The position numbers were made by a program, and so were the translations under genes. Below are positions 25,282-36,172 of a DNA stretch of 64,000 nt, one piece after another. The stretch lies in the NCBI GenBank assembly GCA_039621445.1, contig CP154954.1:32589455-32653454 (forward strand), given 5' to 3'. The stretch's first letter is position 1; every line of letters starts with the position of its first letter. The notes under the pieces were generated by a model. It was not told the DNA's origin, searched no databases, and was given only the letters and a program-made list of their open reading frames with translations. This stretch comes from Euglena gracilis. Taxonomy: Eukaryota.

Positions 25282-28200
25282 TGGTAAGCAGAGGTTTTTC
25301 ATTCAGCCTTCTGTCGGAAATTTTGGGTTGCAAATCCCTGCTCAGAATGTTTTCTTTGATGATCAGCCATTGGCCCAATCTCAGATGGCAAATCTGACGA
25401 TTGGAGTATCGGGGAACAGAGAGTTGGGACCCGAAACCAGTTTGGCTGAACTCAGAACCCCCACAAATATGGGACAGATGTTGGAATTTCAGGGTGGGGA
25501 TGGCCAGGTTGTCATTTCCAACCAACCGTGTTTTCCAGAGCCTTTTTCAGGGGTTTTGCCTTTGCAAAATATGGGGTACGGTTTTGTGCTGCCTGGGTTG
25601 CAACCTCTCCCGGACTTTTCATGGGTGCAAAATTTAGGGAATCTGCCATCATTACCCGCTTTTGCATTGCCTTTGCCTCCAGCTCAACCAGTTTCTTCAA
25701 CACCAGCCCAAGAGCCGGTGGCACTTTTGCAGTTTTCCCAACCATCCCAGGTAGATGGGCTGGCGAAGGAAACGGGAAGTGCCTCGGCAGGGCAGGGGGG
25801 TGATAACCCCAGCCCAGTTTTCTTTGAAAAGCAAGCACAGGTCAATGTGCTGGGCTTAAACAATAATAATAACTGGGACAGCAGCGAACGGGTCAGAGCA
25901 GAAGTCGAGCAGGCAGAGGAAAACCCGAAGGACCAGCCAAGCTCTACTTCTGCTCGGCGACCCCGAACACCAGCTTCATCACCAGGCAGTGATGAAGTTC
26001 TGCAAAAACGGCTGCACCGTGAGGTTGATCACGGTCAGCCAGCAGCTGCTGCAGCCCCCCAGCCTCCTAATATTTTCATCGAGGGGGGTGAGGAGGAGGT
26101 CCAACCCCCAGCCTATGAAAGTTCTGAAGCCACCCCCAGGGGGGATTCACAAAATCAGGGATTTGAAGACCCCTGGGGGCAATTTTTACAAAGTAACAGA
26201 GACCTCCAGTGGACTGTGCAGCACCTGACTTTTCGGGTTTTGGCTTTGGAAAAAGCCAACGAAGAGTGGGTTCTGCAGCAGCAGCAGCAACAACCCCCCG
26301 CTGTTGACATCCACCTGGTGGAGCACATGGCTGCACGAATCGAAGAAACGGCCAGGGCTGACTGCCTGCAGATTTTTGAACTTTTTGAGAAAAAATGTGA
26401 GGCCCAGGTGCAAATTTCTGTGCAAAAAATTGACGCACAGGCACTTGAACTTTTTGTCGGGCAGGAAAAAAATTTTGAGAAAAAACTGGCCCAGCAGTTT
26501 TCTTCGAGCCGTGATCAGTTTTTGGCCCTGAGGCAGGGATTTTTACGAATTTTGGCCAGCCTGCCACAGGAAATTTTTAAGCAGGTGCAAAACCAGGTGG
26601 CTGCCTTACCGATTAAGGATCTCGTACTTGAAAATTTTCAGCGGTTTGCTGAGAATTTTAAAGCCGCCCAGCCAGCTCAGGGGGGGGAGGCAGAAACTCT
26701 CCAGGAGCTGGCCGTTGTCGCTGCCAAAATCGTTGAAGTTCAGGCTGACCTGGTATTGCTGCGTAGTACGGTACAGGGCCAGGCTCAGCAGCTCCAGCAG
26801 TTCGCTGATTATGTTCGCCAGCTGGGTTAACAAAATTCAGCGATGAATACAGCCCTCCATGGTTTTGGTGGGGGTATTCAAAAACTGCACCAGAATATTT
26901 CAGATGAAGTAGGGAAACGACACTCAGAAATGCAAAAACTGTTGACGGATTGTCAGCAGAATTTTCAGAGTGTTTATCAGCAGATTTTTTCCCAGGAGAA
27001 GAAATTTGGTGGGCTGGTGGAGGAATTAAGGCAGGGACTTGCAAAAGTTGGGGGGAACACTTTCGAGTTGCAGAAAGTGTTGCAGGATTTACAAAAAAAT
27101 GGGCCCGTACACCCAACTGCCGAACCGAGAGGGGTTTTGCAGAAAATTTCTGACATGTGGTGGCTGCGGCAGGGCAGCCAGCAGCCCCTACACCCAGTGG
27201 AGCTGCCACAGCCTGGGCAGCAGCTGGCCCAGCAGCCCGTCGTCCAGCTGGCCCAGCAGCCTGGCCAGCCAGCAGGCCAGCCGCAGCCTGCTCACGGGCT
27301 GCCAAGAGGGCTGAGCCTGCCGTCGGCTGGACAGCAGCAGCCCCTGGGGCAGCCTCAGTCCAGCTCACTGGCCAGCACGGTGCCCAGTGCTGACCCAGAT
27401 TTTTCAGATCAGATTATTTCTCAAAATAAATCTGCAGGTTCAAACATTTCCCCTCCTTTAGTTATTGAGGGGGGATTTGTTTTGGAGGACATGCAAGACA
27501 CAGCAGTGGTTTCTTCTGTGTCATTGTGTGTCCCCCCACATGTTTCTGCAGCCCCTGCTTTCTCGATTAGGCCCATCGGGACAGGGGGGGCTGCAGCCAA
27601 CCCAGGTAACGGGTTGGGTTTCCCTTTCATCGGTGACCCAGTAGCTTTTGAAATTTTGCAGGGAGGTGCTAAGCTCTATTTTGATGAATCGGGCAGCATT
27701 TCCTGGCAAGATTTTGAAGTAGATTAGAATCTTTACTGGGACAGGTTGACATCAGGGAAACCGTATTCTGATTTGCAAAAGCTGCAGGTTTTTGAGGCAT
27801 GTTTAGGACCCAGATTAAGGGAGGAAATAAGGCTCTATCGGCTGAATGGAGCCAAATTAAGTTACCCCGCCATATTAGCCCAATGCCAGAACCGTTATGC
27901 CTCGAGTAAGGGGCTGACGGCTCGGAAAATATGGCAGGAGGTAACCATGGTTAACGAAGGAAAAATAACCCGGGCTGATCTGCAAGAATTTTGGATTAAA
28001 TTTTGCAGTGCCTGGCACCATGTGAAGGATGCCACAGCCGGGGAGGCTCGGAGATTATTTTTGGAAAGAATTCCTCCTTTTTTAAGCAAGTTTTGCATAG
28101 AAGAGGAGGATAACCGAGCCCGTAAACAACCCATTGTCAGGCTCACAGGGATACCAAATCCCACGGTGGATGGGATTAAAAGGAATGTGAGCCAGATCAC

Positions 28201-28994
28201 TGGGGGGATTGATCCACGGAAAGTTGTTATCAAAAACCCTGGTGCCATTTGCCTTATTTATTTCAGTTCTTCGGAAGAGGCACTGAAATTAACAGCCGTA
28301 AATGGAAGGAAATTGCAGGGAATGGAAAATTTCATCAACGCCGAATTGGTGGAACAACTAATGACTGTTGAGGAAATGTTTGCTTTTGCCGAGGGCAAGT
28401 TAGCTCTTCGGGAGAAGCAGGATTTGGCTTTGAATCAGCACCATTTTCCCAGATTATTCAGCAAATCGACAACAAAAGGCTCGGGGAAAATACAGGTGTT
28501 GGAAAAAGGCCAGACCCCCCCGGTGTCCCCAACATCCGTTTCAGCACCAGCAGCTGGGGGGCAGGGTCACACCTCAAAGTCTGCTCCACAGCCAGCTGCG
28601 AAAGAGGATAAGGGGCCAGCTCAGCCAGCCCCACGCGGCAGGTCCCCTTCTTCGACTTCACGGCCAGGTGCAGCTTCATGGTCGCGAACCCAAAGTCCAG
28701 CAACCCCAGCCCGGCAAGGCAAGGGGGCAGACCTGGACACCGCAGGCATCGGGTAGGGGCAGGTCCCCATATCCATGCTTCAACTGTGGGGAGTGCGGGC
28801 ATTATTTTTATGAGTGTAACAAACTGCTGAGTGAGGCCCTTGCTAAATCTAAGGATTTTTGGCAAAATAATGGAAAAGGCAAGGGGCAGCCCAAGGGTAA
28901 AGGGCAGCCAGCCTCACAGCGAAATTCCTCAGGCAAGGGGGGTGCATGGTCAAAGGGGGGTGGGCCCACCTCTTCTCCCCCTGGGGCCCAATAG
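24802..28994 (+). pseudogene. gag: Element A gag, very long, with 2 in-frame stops and frameshifts
   Basis: ORFs 25274-26830, 26843-27727 and 27746-28756 are in one frame; CFNCGECGHYFYEC knuckle at 28776-28817; upstream ORF lies in the LTR. Confidence 0.8.
25282..25294 (+). promoter_or_regulatory. Element A PBS (tRNAiMet-like, 1-nt insertion)
   Basis: TGGTAAGCAGAGG. Confidence 0.78.
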
Positions 28995-29108
28995 GGGGGC
29001 CAGGGGCAGTTTGAGAAGGGGGGGGCTGCCCATGGCTGTGTCTCTCCCCCCTGTGAGGAAAATGGTGTAAATATTTCTGATTCAAAAAACTGGGCTGTAC
29101 AGGATTTT

Positions 29109-30299
29109 ATGGCTGATTCAGGGTGTGGTGAAAAACATTCTTTGGATCAGCCCCCCAGATTTTTGAATCGGACTCGTTACTCCTGGAGGGAAGGAAAATG
29201 TTCAAGGGTTCCCGTTTTGCATTCAAACCTGCCACAACCTGACCCCCTGCCATCAGCTCAGCGACCTCAGGCGTTAGATTTATTCGCTGGCACAGGTTCG
29301 GTGGGGCGGCGGTTGGCAGAACGGGGGTATGAAGTTTTGTCAATTGAAAATGCTCCTTGGACGGACTTCCACCCCCACACAGACATTTTAACCTGGAACT
29401 ACAGGCGATACCCGGTTGGATTTTTTGAGGTTATTGCCGCTAGTCCCCCCTGTAATATTTATTCCACAGCTTATAACCCCAGTCCGAGGGATTTCTCCCA
29501 GGCGGATGCCCTGGTGGAGAAAGCCCTAGAAATTATAAATTATTTTCAGCCCAAGTTGTGGTGGTTGGAGAACCCCCGCACTGGTCTCTTGCGAAATAGG
29601 GAGGTGGTGAAAAACCTGCCCTATATCGACATTGATTATTGTCAGTTTTCAGATTGGGGTTATAAAAAGCCCACACGTTTCTGGTGCTGCCCAGCCATTT
29701 CACAATTACGGTCGGTGTTGTGTGATGGCGAATCATGTCCTAACCTGGTGATGGGGGACAATGGGCAGTTCCGGCACCGTGAATTGTTGGGGGGCATAAA
29801 AATGAAGTTTACCCCCCGACAAAAAGGAAGAATACCCCCCCTGGTGATTGATTATCTCCTAAGTGCTGGGGATTTTCTGGGGGGGGGGCAGCCCAAAGAA
29901 ATTTCCCAAAATTCCCAGGACTTTGAGGAATGGGAAATTCCAGACCGTTGTTGTCATTTGGCCAACACCTTGAAGGTTAATCAGGTGTTGCCCATTGAAA
30001 ACGAGCTGCAACTTTTGATGCTATCACAGACGTATCTCCCTAACGGAGATGCCAGGCAGCTCAGAGTTTTGGTTGACACGGGAGCCCAGGTGAACCTGGT
30101 CAAAAGGTCCATCGTTCCAAAACATTTGGCCAGGTCACCGCGAATGCCAATTCGGCTGGTGGCTGCCAACGGCCAATGTGTTTTGGGGGGCGACCAGTGT
30201 ATAAGGTTGGAGTTGGGTTTTCAACGCAGGGGTACGGGCAGGGGGGCACCCAGGCCTTGTACCTCGAAGGGGAATTCTACCTCGCGGATATTGAGGTAG
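29109..30299 (+). CDS. Element A C5-cytosine DNA methyltransferase fused to aspartic protease
   Basis: LDLFAGTGS, SIE, TDI, ASPPCNIYS, WWLENP, IDYCQFSDWGYKKPTRFW, then VLVDTGAQVNLV in the same frame. Confidence 0.9.
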   Translation: MADSGCGEKHSLDQPPRFLNRTRYSWREGKCSRVPVLHSNLPQPDPLPSAQRPQALDLFAGTGSVGRRLAERGYEVLSIENAPWTDFHPHTDILTWNYRRYPVGFFEVIAASPPCNIYSTAYNPSPRDFSQADALVEKALEIINYFQPKLWWLENPRTGLLRNREVVKNLPYIDIDYCQFSDWGYKKPTRFWCCPAISQLRSVLCDGESCPNLVMGDNGQFRHRELLGGIKMKFTPRQKGRIPPLVIDYLLSAGDFLGGGQPKEISQNSQDFEEWEIPDRCCHLANTLKVNQVLPIENELQLLMLSQTYLPNGDARQLRVLVDTGAQVNLVKRSIVPKHLARSPRMPIRLVAANGQCVLGGDQCIRLELGFQRRGTGRGAPRPCTSKGNSTSRILR

Positions 30300-33200
30300 A
30301 TGCTATATTATCATTTCCATGGTTAGCGGAACATGGTCTGGGTGTGTTCCCACACCATAAGGCTTTGGTTTTTGACAACCCTAATCTGATTTTCTTGTAC
30401 GGGTGGGATACAAGAAATCAGAAACGGAAATCCCAAAAGGGGAAGAAAAAACACAATTCACAAAAAAGAATTGGGGTTGTGGTTTCTGACTTCGGAGAAT
30501 CCCCTGAAAACGCACCAACCACGGAGTCCCTTGAAAATGAAAAGGTGTGGTTGGACCAGCAAAAAATGAATTTGCACCTACCCTTGCAAGGCTTTGATAT
30601 GCAACCAAAATTCCTTGGCAAGAAGGAATTGCATACCATAGCCAGGCATCTCACCGAATCGCCAGCCGAGGACAAGGCAGTGAATGCCATAATCCAGGCT
30701 CGCGACTCGGGTGGGAAGGAGGACCCCAGGGTGGTAGCATTTCGGGATAAAATTTTTCAGGATTATGAAGGGGAGGTGTTGGGTACGGAGGTACCCCCTG
30801 ACCCTCCCGTACGGGGACCTTATGGTTACGCCCAGATTCCTCTGAAGGAGGGGGCTGTACCCACAAGGCAAAAACCCTTTGTCTTACATGGTGAAAGATT
30901 TGAAGCTCACAAAAAGGTCACACAGGAATGGTGGGACCGGAAATTTGTTGAGCGTTTACCCAAGGGAACAGTTTCGGAATGGCTGTCCGTAACATTTGTA
31001 GTGCCGAAAAAAGGAGGCGAATGGAGGGGAGTGGTAGACATGCGGGGGCCTAACAGTCAAACTAGGCGTGTGTCCTACCCCCTTCCCGTAATTGAAGACC
31101 TCCTGGTAAAACAAGGTGGAAACGTGATGTTTTCCATCTTGGATTTACGGCAGGCTTTCCACCAACAGCCGTTGGACCCGGAAAGCCGGCCCATCACATG
31201 TTGCAGTACCCCCCTCGGTCTTTTTCAGTGGAGGGTTAATGTGATGGGTCTAACAAACGTAAGCCAGCAGTTTCAGCAAATGATGGAGGATCGCCTCTTC
31301 CCGGTGGGGGACGTGGCTGACCCTTACATCGACGACATTTTAATTGGAACTCGAGTGGGTCCTGGTGAGGATTTACTTGCAGCACATGATAAGGATTTGC
31401 GAAGAGTCCTTGAAGTTTTACGAAAAGACAGATTTGTAGCCGACAAAAGAAAATGCCGTCTTTTCGTAAAAGAAGTTGAGTTTTGTGGCCATGTTCTGGG
31501 TGGTGGGGTGAGAAAATCATCCCCTGGAAAGCTGATGGCCATTGAAAAATGGGAGCTACCCCAAACAATCACGGGTCTACGTGCCTTTTTGGGGTTCACA
31601 AATTATTACAGCTCCTATGTGAAGGATTACGCCCACATTGTCGCTTGCCTTCAAGATAAGCTCAAAGTTTCTCGAGTGGACGGCAAGACGGGTTCCAAGG
31701 AAAGAATTTCTTGGGAACCATCCGACACTGAGGCATTTGAAAAAATTAAATCACTGTTGTGCAGTGAATTAATTTTGCAACACGTTAAGCCAGACAAACC
31801 ATTTGTTTTAAGAGTGGATGCCAGCCAGTATGCGGTTGGTGCCACTCTTGAACAATTGGTTGGGGAGGATAGGGCTCCTACTCCTGAAGACGTACGGGCC
31901 AAGCGTACTGTGCCTGTCGCCTTCATGAGTAGGAAGCTAACCGGCAGCCAAACAAACTGGGTACCTAGGGAACAGGAGACTTATGCCATAATCCTAGCCT
32001 TACAAAAGTGGGAATCATGGATTGGGCTGCAGCCCGTCCTGGTTCTCACGGACCACAAGGCTCTAGAATCTTGGGCTAGAGAGGTTCTAGACACACCAAG
32101 TGGTCCCATTGGGAGAAGGGCCAGGTGGCATCAGATTTTACCAAAATTTGACTTGTCGGTTGGGTATATCCCGGGGCGGGAGAATACCATAGCCGATTTG
32201 TTGTCAAGATGGGCTTACCCGGCCTCCCAAGCCTTGAAGGACATTTCAAGGCATGGGTCAGCCCTTGACACCGAGGAAATGAGGGAAATCATTCAAACAG
32301 AAAAAATGGAGGAAGCCGAATGTATGTGGCTACGGTTGGTGGACCAACCAACCACAGCCAACACATACATTCGTGGAGTCACCACACGGGGTGGTGCTAC
32401 CACGGGGTCCGGGGACGCGGGCGGACGGTGCACACGACCGGGGGATAGGAAGTCAGAACCACTAGGAGGAACAAAACCCCAGGGTATGGGTTCAACCTCC
32501 ACCCCCAAGGGAGAAAAAGGAAAACATGTTTCATTCTCAACTCGGGTTGACGAGTTTGGGAATGAGACAAGTCTTGTGGAGGCGGTCCAAGAGCCAAGGG
32601 GGGAGCATTTTCCATTGACACCCACTTCTATACCAGCTTCGCCAGCAATGCCAACCCCTGAACCTGCTGCTGCGGCTACCACTGACGTACCTGGGGCAGA
32701 CCGAGAATCACCTGTGTTGTCTTCAGGTGGTTTGAGTGGTGAGGGGGGGGAAGCCACTTCTACAACCGATTCCTCACCCATCCCCCCTGGTTCTGTGTGG
32801 GATTTATCGTGGAAGGAGGAATATTTAAAATGTCCCCGTTGGTCACCAATTTTTCAGGCTACCCAGGATTCAAAGGTGCCGTGGCCTGAAAATATAAAGG
32901 TTTTTGGTGACAAAATGTTTTTCGAGGAGAGGCTTTGTGTGCCCAAATCTCTCCAAGAAAAACTCATTCGGGATCACCACTCATACCAAGGGCATGTGGG
33001 ATTCCCAAGGCTATGGGAATGCATGTCCCTTAGGTATGATTGGGCTGATTCCTCACTCGCTCGAGATTTTGCTAAAGGAGTCATGGGCCTTTGTGGGACT
33101 TGCCAAGCGTGCCGAAGGCCGGCGAGTCTTAAGGGTTTAGTGGAATCTACACCCATACCCCCAGCCGTAATGTATTCGGTGGCCCTTGACATGTTTAGCA

Positions 33201-34267
33201 TGCCTCTCGTGGAGTGGGAAGGGAATTCTTACGACTCCATGCTTGTGTGTGTGGATCGTCACTCCGGTTGGATAGTGGCGATCCCCCACCTAGCAAAAGG
33301 ATTTACGGGAGCCAAGGCAGCCAAGCAAATGCTGTTGCATGCTTGGCGACCTTTTGGCGTCCCTTCCATTATTACTTCCGATATTGGCTCACATTTTGTC
33401 GCCGGTTGGTGGCAGACAATGTGTGCCTTGATGGGAATTAGGCAAGCCTACTCCCAGGCCTACCATCACCAGGCGAATGGTAGGGCGGAGAGGGCTGGCC
33501 AACAAATAATGGAACGGCTTAAGAAAATTCAGGTTGAGGACAAGCTGAATTGGGTCGAAGCCCTCCCCCAAGCACTAGACCGTATTCATGATACGCCGGG
33601 GGAGAGTGGCCTCAGCCCATTTCAAATCTTGTTCGGTCGACACTGTTCATTGGGTGGTTTACCTTATGAACCGTTAAGGGATTGTGAAGATGCCAGATCA
33701 TTTTTCTCTCGGCAAAGAGAAATTGATTTGGTGGTGGCTGGCAAAATGAATAATTTGCATGCCAAGCAATGTGCTCGGGCCAACCGTGGTTTAGACGGTT
33801 GGGAGCCATTGGAGGTGGGGAATCTGGTGTGGTACCTGAGACCCCCCGATAGTGGCACAAAATTGGATTCCCGTTGGTTGGGCCCTTGCAAGGTTACCGC
33901 AAGGGAGGGAATTCATTCCTACCTAATTGAGGTCAAACCGGGCCATATCATGAAGGCCCATCGGAAGGCTTTGAAGGTGTATGTGGAGGACCCCACATCC
34001 GATAAGCCTATCCCCCTGTTTTTCCACCGGCGGGCGGTACCTGAGGCGGAAGGTGCCCCAGATACCTGGTTAGTGGATAAAATCCTAAACCACAAGTTCG
34101 TTAAGGGAAAAATGTTTTTCTTAACGAAGTGGCAAGGGTTTGAGGAGGCGAATTGGGAACCGGTGGAACATTTTTTCCAGGAGTATAATAGTGACGTAAT
34201 AGCGTATTGCCTGGGAAAAGGGTTGCCGTTAGATGTCTCTAAGGATTTAAAGGCAACGGCAACCTGA
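30176..34267 (+). CDS. pol: Element A pol (PR C-terminus, RT, RNase H, integrase, chromodomain)
   Basis: 1363 aa ORF: LDLRQAFHQ, YIDD, VDAS, TDH, H-H-C-C, D-D-E (ALDMF/TSDIG/RAER), GPC, WLVDKIL...KWQGF...WEP; frameshift from the PR frame near 30230. Confidence 0.95.
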   Translation: MCFGGRPVYKVGVGFSTQGYGQGGTQALYLEGEFYLADIEVDAILSFPWLAEHGLGVFPHHKALVFDNPNLIFLYGWDTRNQKRKSQKGKKKHNSQKRIGVVVSDFGESPENAPTTESLENEKVWLDQQKMNLHLPLQGFDMQPKFLGKKELHTIARHLTESPAEDKAVNAIIQARDSGGKEDPRVVAFRDKIFQDYEGEVLGTEVPPDPPVRGPYGYAQIPLKEGAVPTRQKPFVLHGERFEAHKKVTQEWWDRKFVERLPKGTVSEWLSVTFVVPKKGGEWRGVVDMRGPNSQTRRVSYPLPVIEDLLVKQGGNVMFSILDLRQAFHQQPLDPESRPITCCSTPLGLFQWRVNVMGLTNVSQQFQQMMEDRLFPVGDVADPYIDDILIGTRVGPGEDLLAAHDKDLRRVLEVLRKDRFVADKRKCRLFVKEVEFCGHVLGGGVRKSSPGKLMAIEKWELPQTITGLRAFLGFTNYYSSYVKDYAHIVACLQDKLKVSRVDGKTGSKERISWEPSDTEAFEKIKSLLCSELILQHVKPDKPFVLRVDASQYAVGATLEQLVGEDRAPTPEDVRAKRTVPVAFMSRKLTGSQTNWVPREQETYAIILALQKWESWIGLQPVLVLTDHKALESWAREVLDTPSGPIGRRARWHQILPKFDLSVGYIPGRENTIADLLSRWAYPASQALKDISRHGSALDTEEMREIIQTEKMEEAECMWLRLVDQPTTANTYIRGVTTRGGATTGSGDAGGRCTRPGDRKSEPLGGTKPQGMGSTSTPKGEKGKHVSFSTRVDEFGNETSLVEAVQEPRGEHFPLTPTSIPASPAMPTPEPAAAATTDVPGADRESPVLSSGGLSGEGGEATSTTDSSPIPPGSVWDLSWKEEYLKCPRWSPIFQATQDSKVPWPENIKVFGDKMFFEERLCVPKSLQEKLIRDHHSYQGHVGFPRLWECMSLRYDWADSSLARDFAKGVMGLCGTCQACRRPASLKGLVESTPIPPAVMYSVALDMFSMPLVEWEGNSYDSMLVCVDRHSGWIVAIPHLAKGFTGAKAAKQMLLHAWRPFGVPSIITSDIGSHFVAGWWQTMCALMGIRQAYSQAYHHQANGRAERAGQQIMERLKKIQVEDKLNWVEALPQALDRIHDTPGESGLSPFQILFGRHCSLGGLPYEPLRDCEDARSFFSRQREIDLVVAGKMNNLHAKQCARANRGLDGWEPLEVGNLVWYLRPPDSGTKLDSRWLGPCKVTAREGIHSYLIEVKPGHIMKAHRKALKVYVEDPTSDKPIPLFFHRRAVPEAEGAPDTWLVDKILNHKFVKGKMFFLTKWQGFEEANWEPVEHFFQEYNSDVIAYCLGKGLPLDVSKDLKATAT

Positions 34268-35524
34268 AAAAGGGGGAAAAGGAAAGGTGAAAAAGGGCCT
34301 GGAGTGGTTGCCGGGGGGGGAGGTCCCATTCTATGCCCCTTCACAGATGCAGGTGGACCCCATCACAGGGCTGAGGCCCTGGGAAAAATGACGGGAGTTT
34401 CCTCGTCATTGATTTCATTTTTTATTTCTCCCCTGAAATCTTCAAACACCACCACACCCTGGTTTGGGTGAGAATGGTGTGGGCAATCGAGGATATTTCA
34501 TTGCCCCGTTGATTTTTCTGTCATTTTCCATTGAACTCCCGTGAAAGGATTTCAAGGGTGAATGAAAGATTCTCGTGGCTAGGCGGAAACTAGCCCGGGA
34601 TGTTATTTTTTGCACGGGTGGGTGATTTCCAATCAAAGGATCCCACCCTGGAACGGGAAGGGAGATTGCCAACAACAACAAAAGCGAAACGTTGAATGAG
34701 TGCATGATTGCCACCCGTTTTGTTTATGTTGTTGTGGGTGGATTCCGGTTTGGAAGTTTCACCAAAAATTCTTAAAGAGGACAAACCACCGGAAGCACAA
34801 CCGAGGGTTTGTTCTTTTGACAACCTTCTCCAAGTATTGGGGGGGGGGGGTTAATGGCAATGTGGCTTTGAGGTTGCCCCGTCGGTTTGGCTCGGCTAAG
34901 CCACATTGCTAAATTTTCGGTGTGCATGGTTTGCCACCACACTAAGGGAAGGCAAACCGGCACCCAAGGAAGACGCCGAAGCCCATCGACTTGAACAACA
35001 ACAAAAATTGTCGAGTCAATGGCTTTGGCGACCATCACCACTTGGGGGCATTATTGCCCGTCCACCGTCATGGTGTTGAATTTATCCATTGGTGATGGTG
35101 TATTGTTGTATTATTGGGATTTTGGTTGTATTTTTGGTGTGGTCCCGTTTCGTCTGCCTACTCAGGTCCATCAACAAGGCTGAAGCAGCTGATTTTTGGT
35201 ATTGATGGACGAGGAGGTGGAGTTGATGTGTGAGCATGCGGAGATGGTAACTTTGCCGTCTGCCGTTTGCAACTCGCTCTGACCACTACACCTGTTCGCA
35301 CCTGTTTTCAAGAAAGAGGAATCTGTGATTTTTCATTTCTCCCTTCTCACGGGTCGGTGACACTCGTGGGGGAGTCCTTTTCTCCAATCGGTTTGATTGG
35401 GTTGTACAATCATACCCCACACCTTTGGGCAAGTGGAGCCCGAAACCCCGGTCAGCTTGATCGGGGGGGGGGGCGTGTTATCACTTCCAAAAAAAAAAGA
35501 AGTGAGTGGTCTTCTTCAACCTCC

Positions 35525-35806
35525 CCACCGGGGGGGGGGGGGGGAAGGCAAGCCCTCCCTTTGCCCGGGGGTGGGGCGGTTGCCCAAGGCTTTCTCCTCG
35601 GGGGGGGGCAAGGCAAGCCTCCCTTTGCTTGGGGGGGGTGCTTTCCCCTCGGGGGGGGGGGCAAGTCAAGCCCACCTCTCGCCGGGGGGGGGGGGGCAAT
35701 CTTCTCCCCAAGTCCTTCCCCTCGGGGGGGGGGGCAAGTCAAGCCCACCTCTCGCCGGGGGGGGGGGAAGCTTTTCCCCAAGGCCTTCCCCTCGGGGGGG
35801 GGGGCT
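35525..35806. repeat. G-run-rich tandem repeats in element A 3' region
   Basis: Repeated (G)nCAAGKCAAGCCC...CCCCTC(G)n units. Confidence 0.75.
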
Positions 35807-36161
35807 GATTTTCATCTATCACCGAAAGGATTTTTGGTGATAATGAACCCTCCATTCCCTTCACGGTTGGGAATACCGTGGGGGGGGGCTGATTTTTATC
35901 CATTCAAGAAAGGATTTTTTTTGAGTGGTGTTGGACCCCCACTTCCTTTCACGGTGGTGAGAACCGTGGGGGGGGGGGGGGGGGCTCGGTGTGGTGGAAC
36001 GGGATCTATGGGTTATAGATTCCTCCTCACCATTACGCCACCACTTATTCACATTGCCGAACAATGTTGTCGGAATTGCGTTGCAAAAATTCAAAGTGTC
36101 TTTCATTCCCATCCCAAGGAAAGCGAGAAGGAGGGGGGGTGAAACCCCTGACTTTCGTCGC

Positions 36162-36172
36162 AAGGGGGGGAG
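36162..36172 (+). other. Element A polypurine tract
   Basis: AAGGGGGGGAG abutting the 3' LTR. Confidence 0.85.

Noticed and set aside
34442-35041. Antisense ORFs in the A 3' region
   Set aside because: Short, frames differ between duplicate copies, no motif
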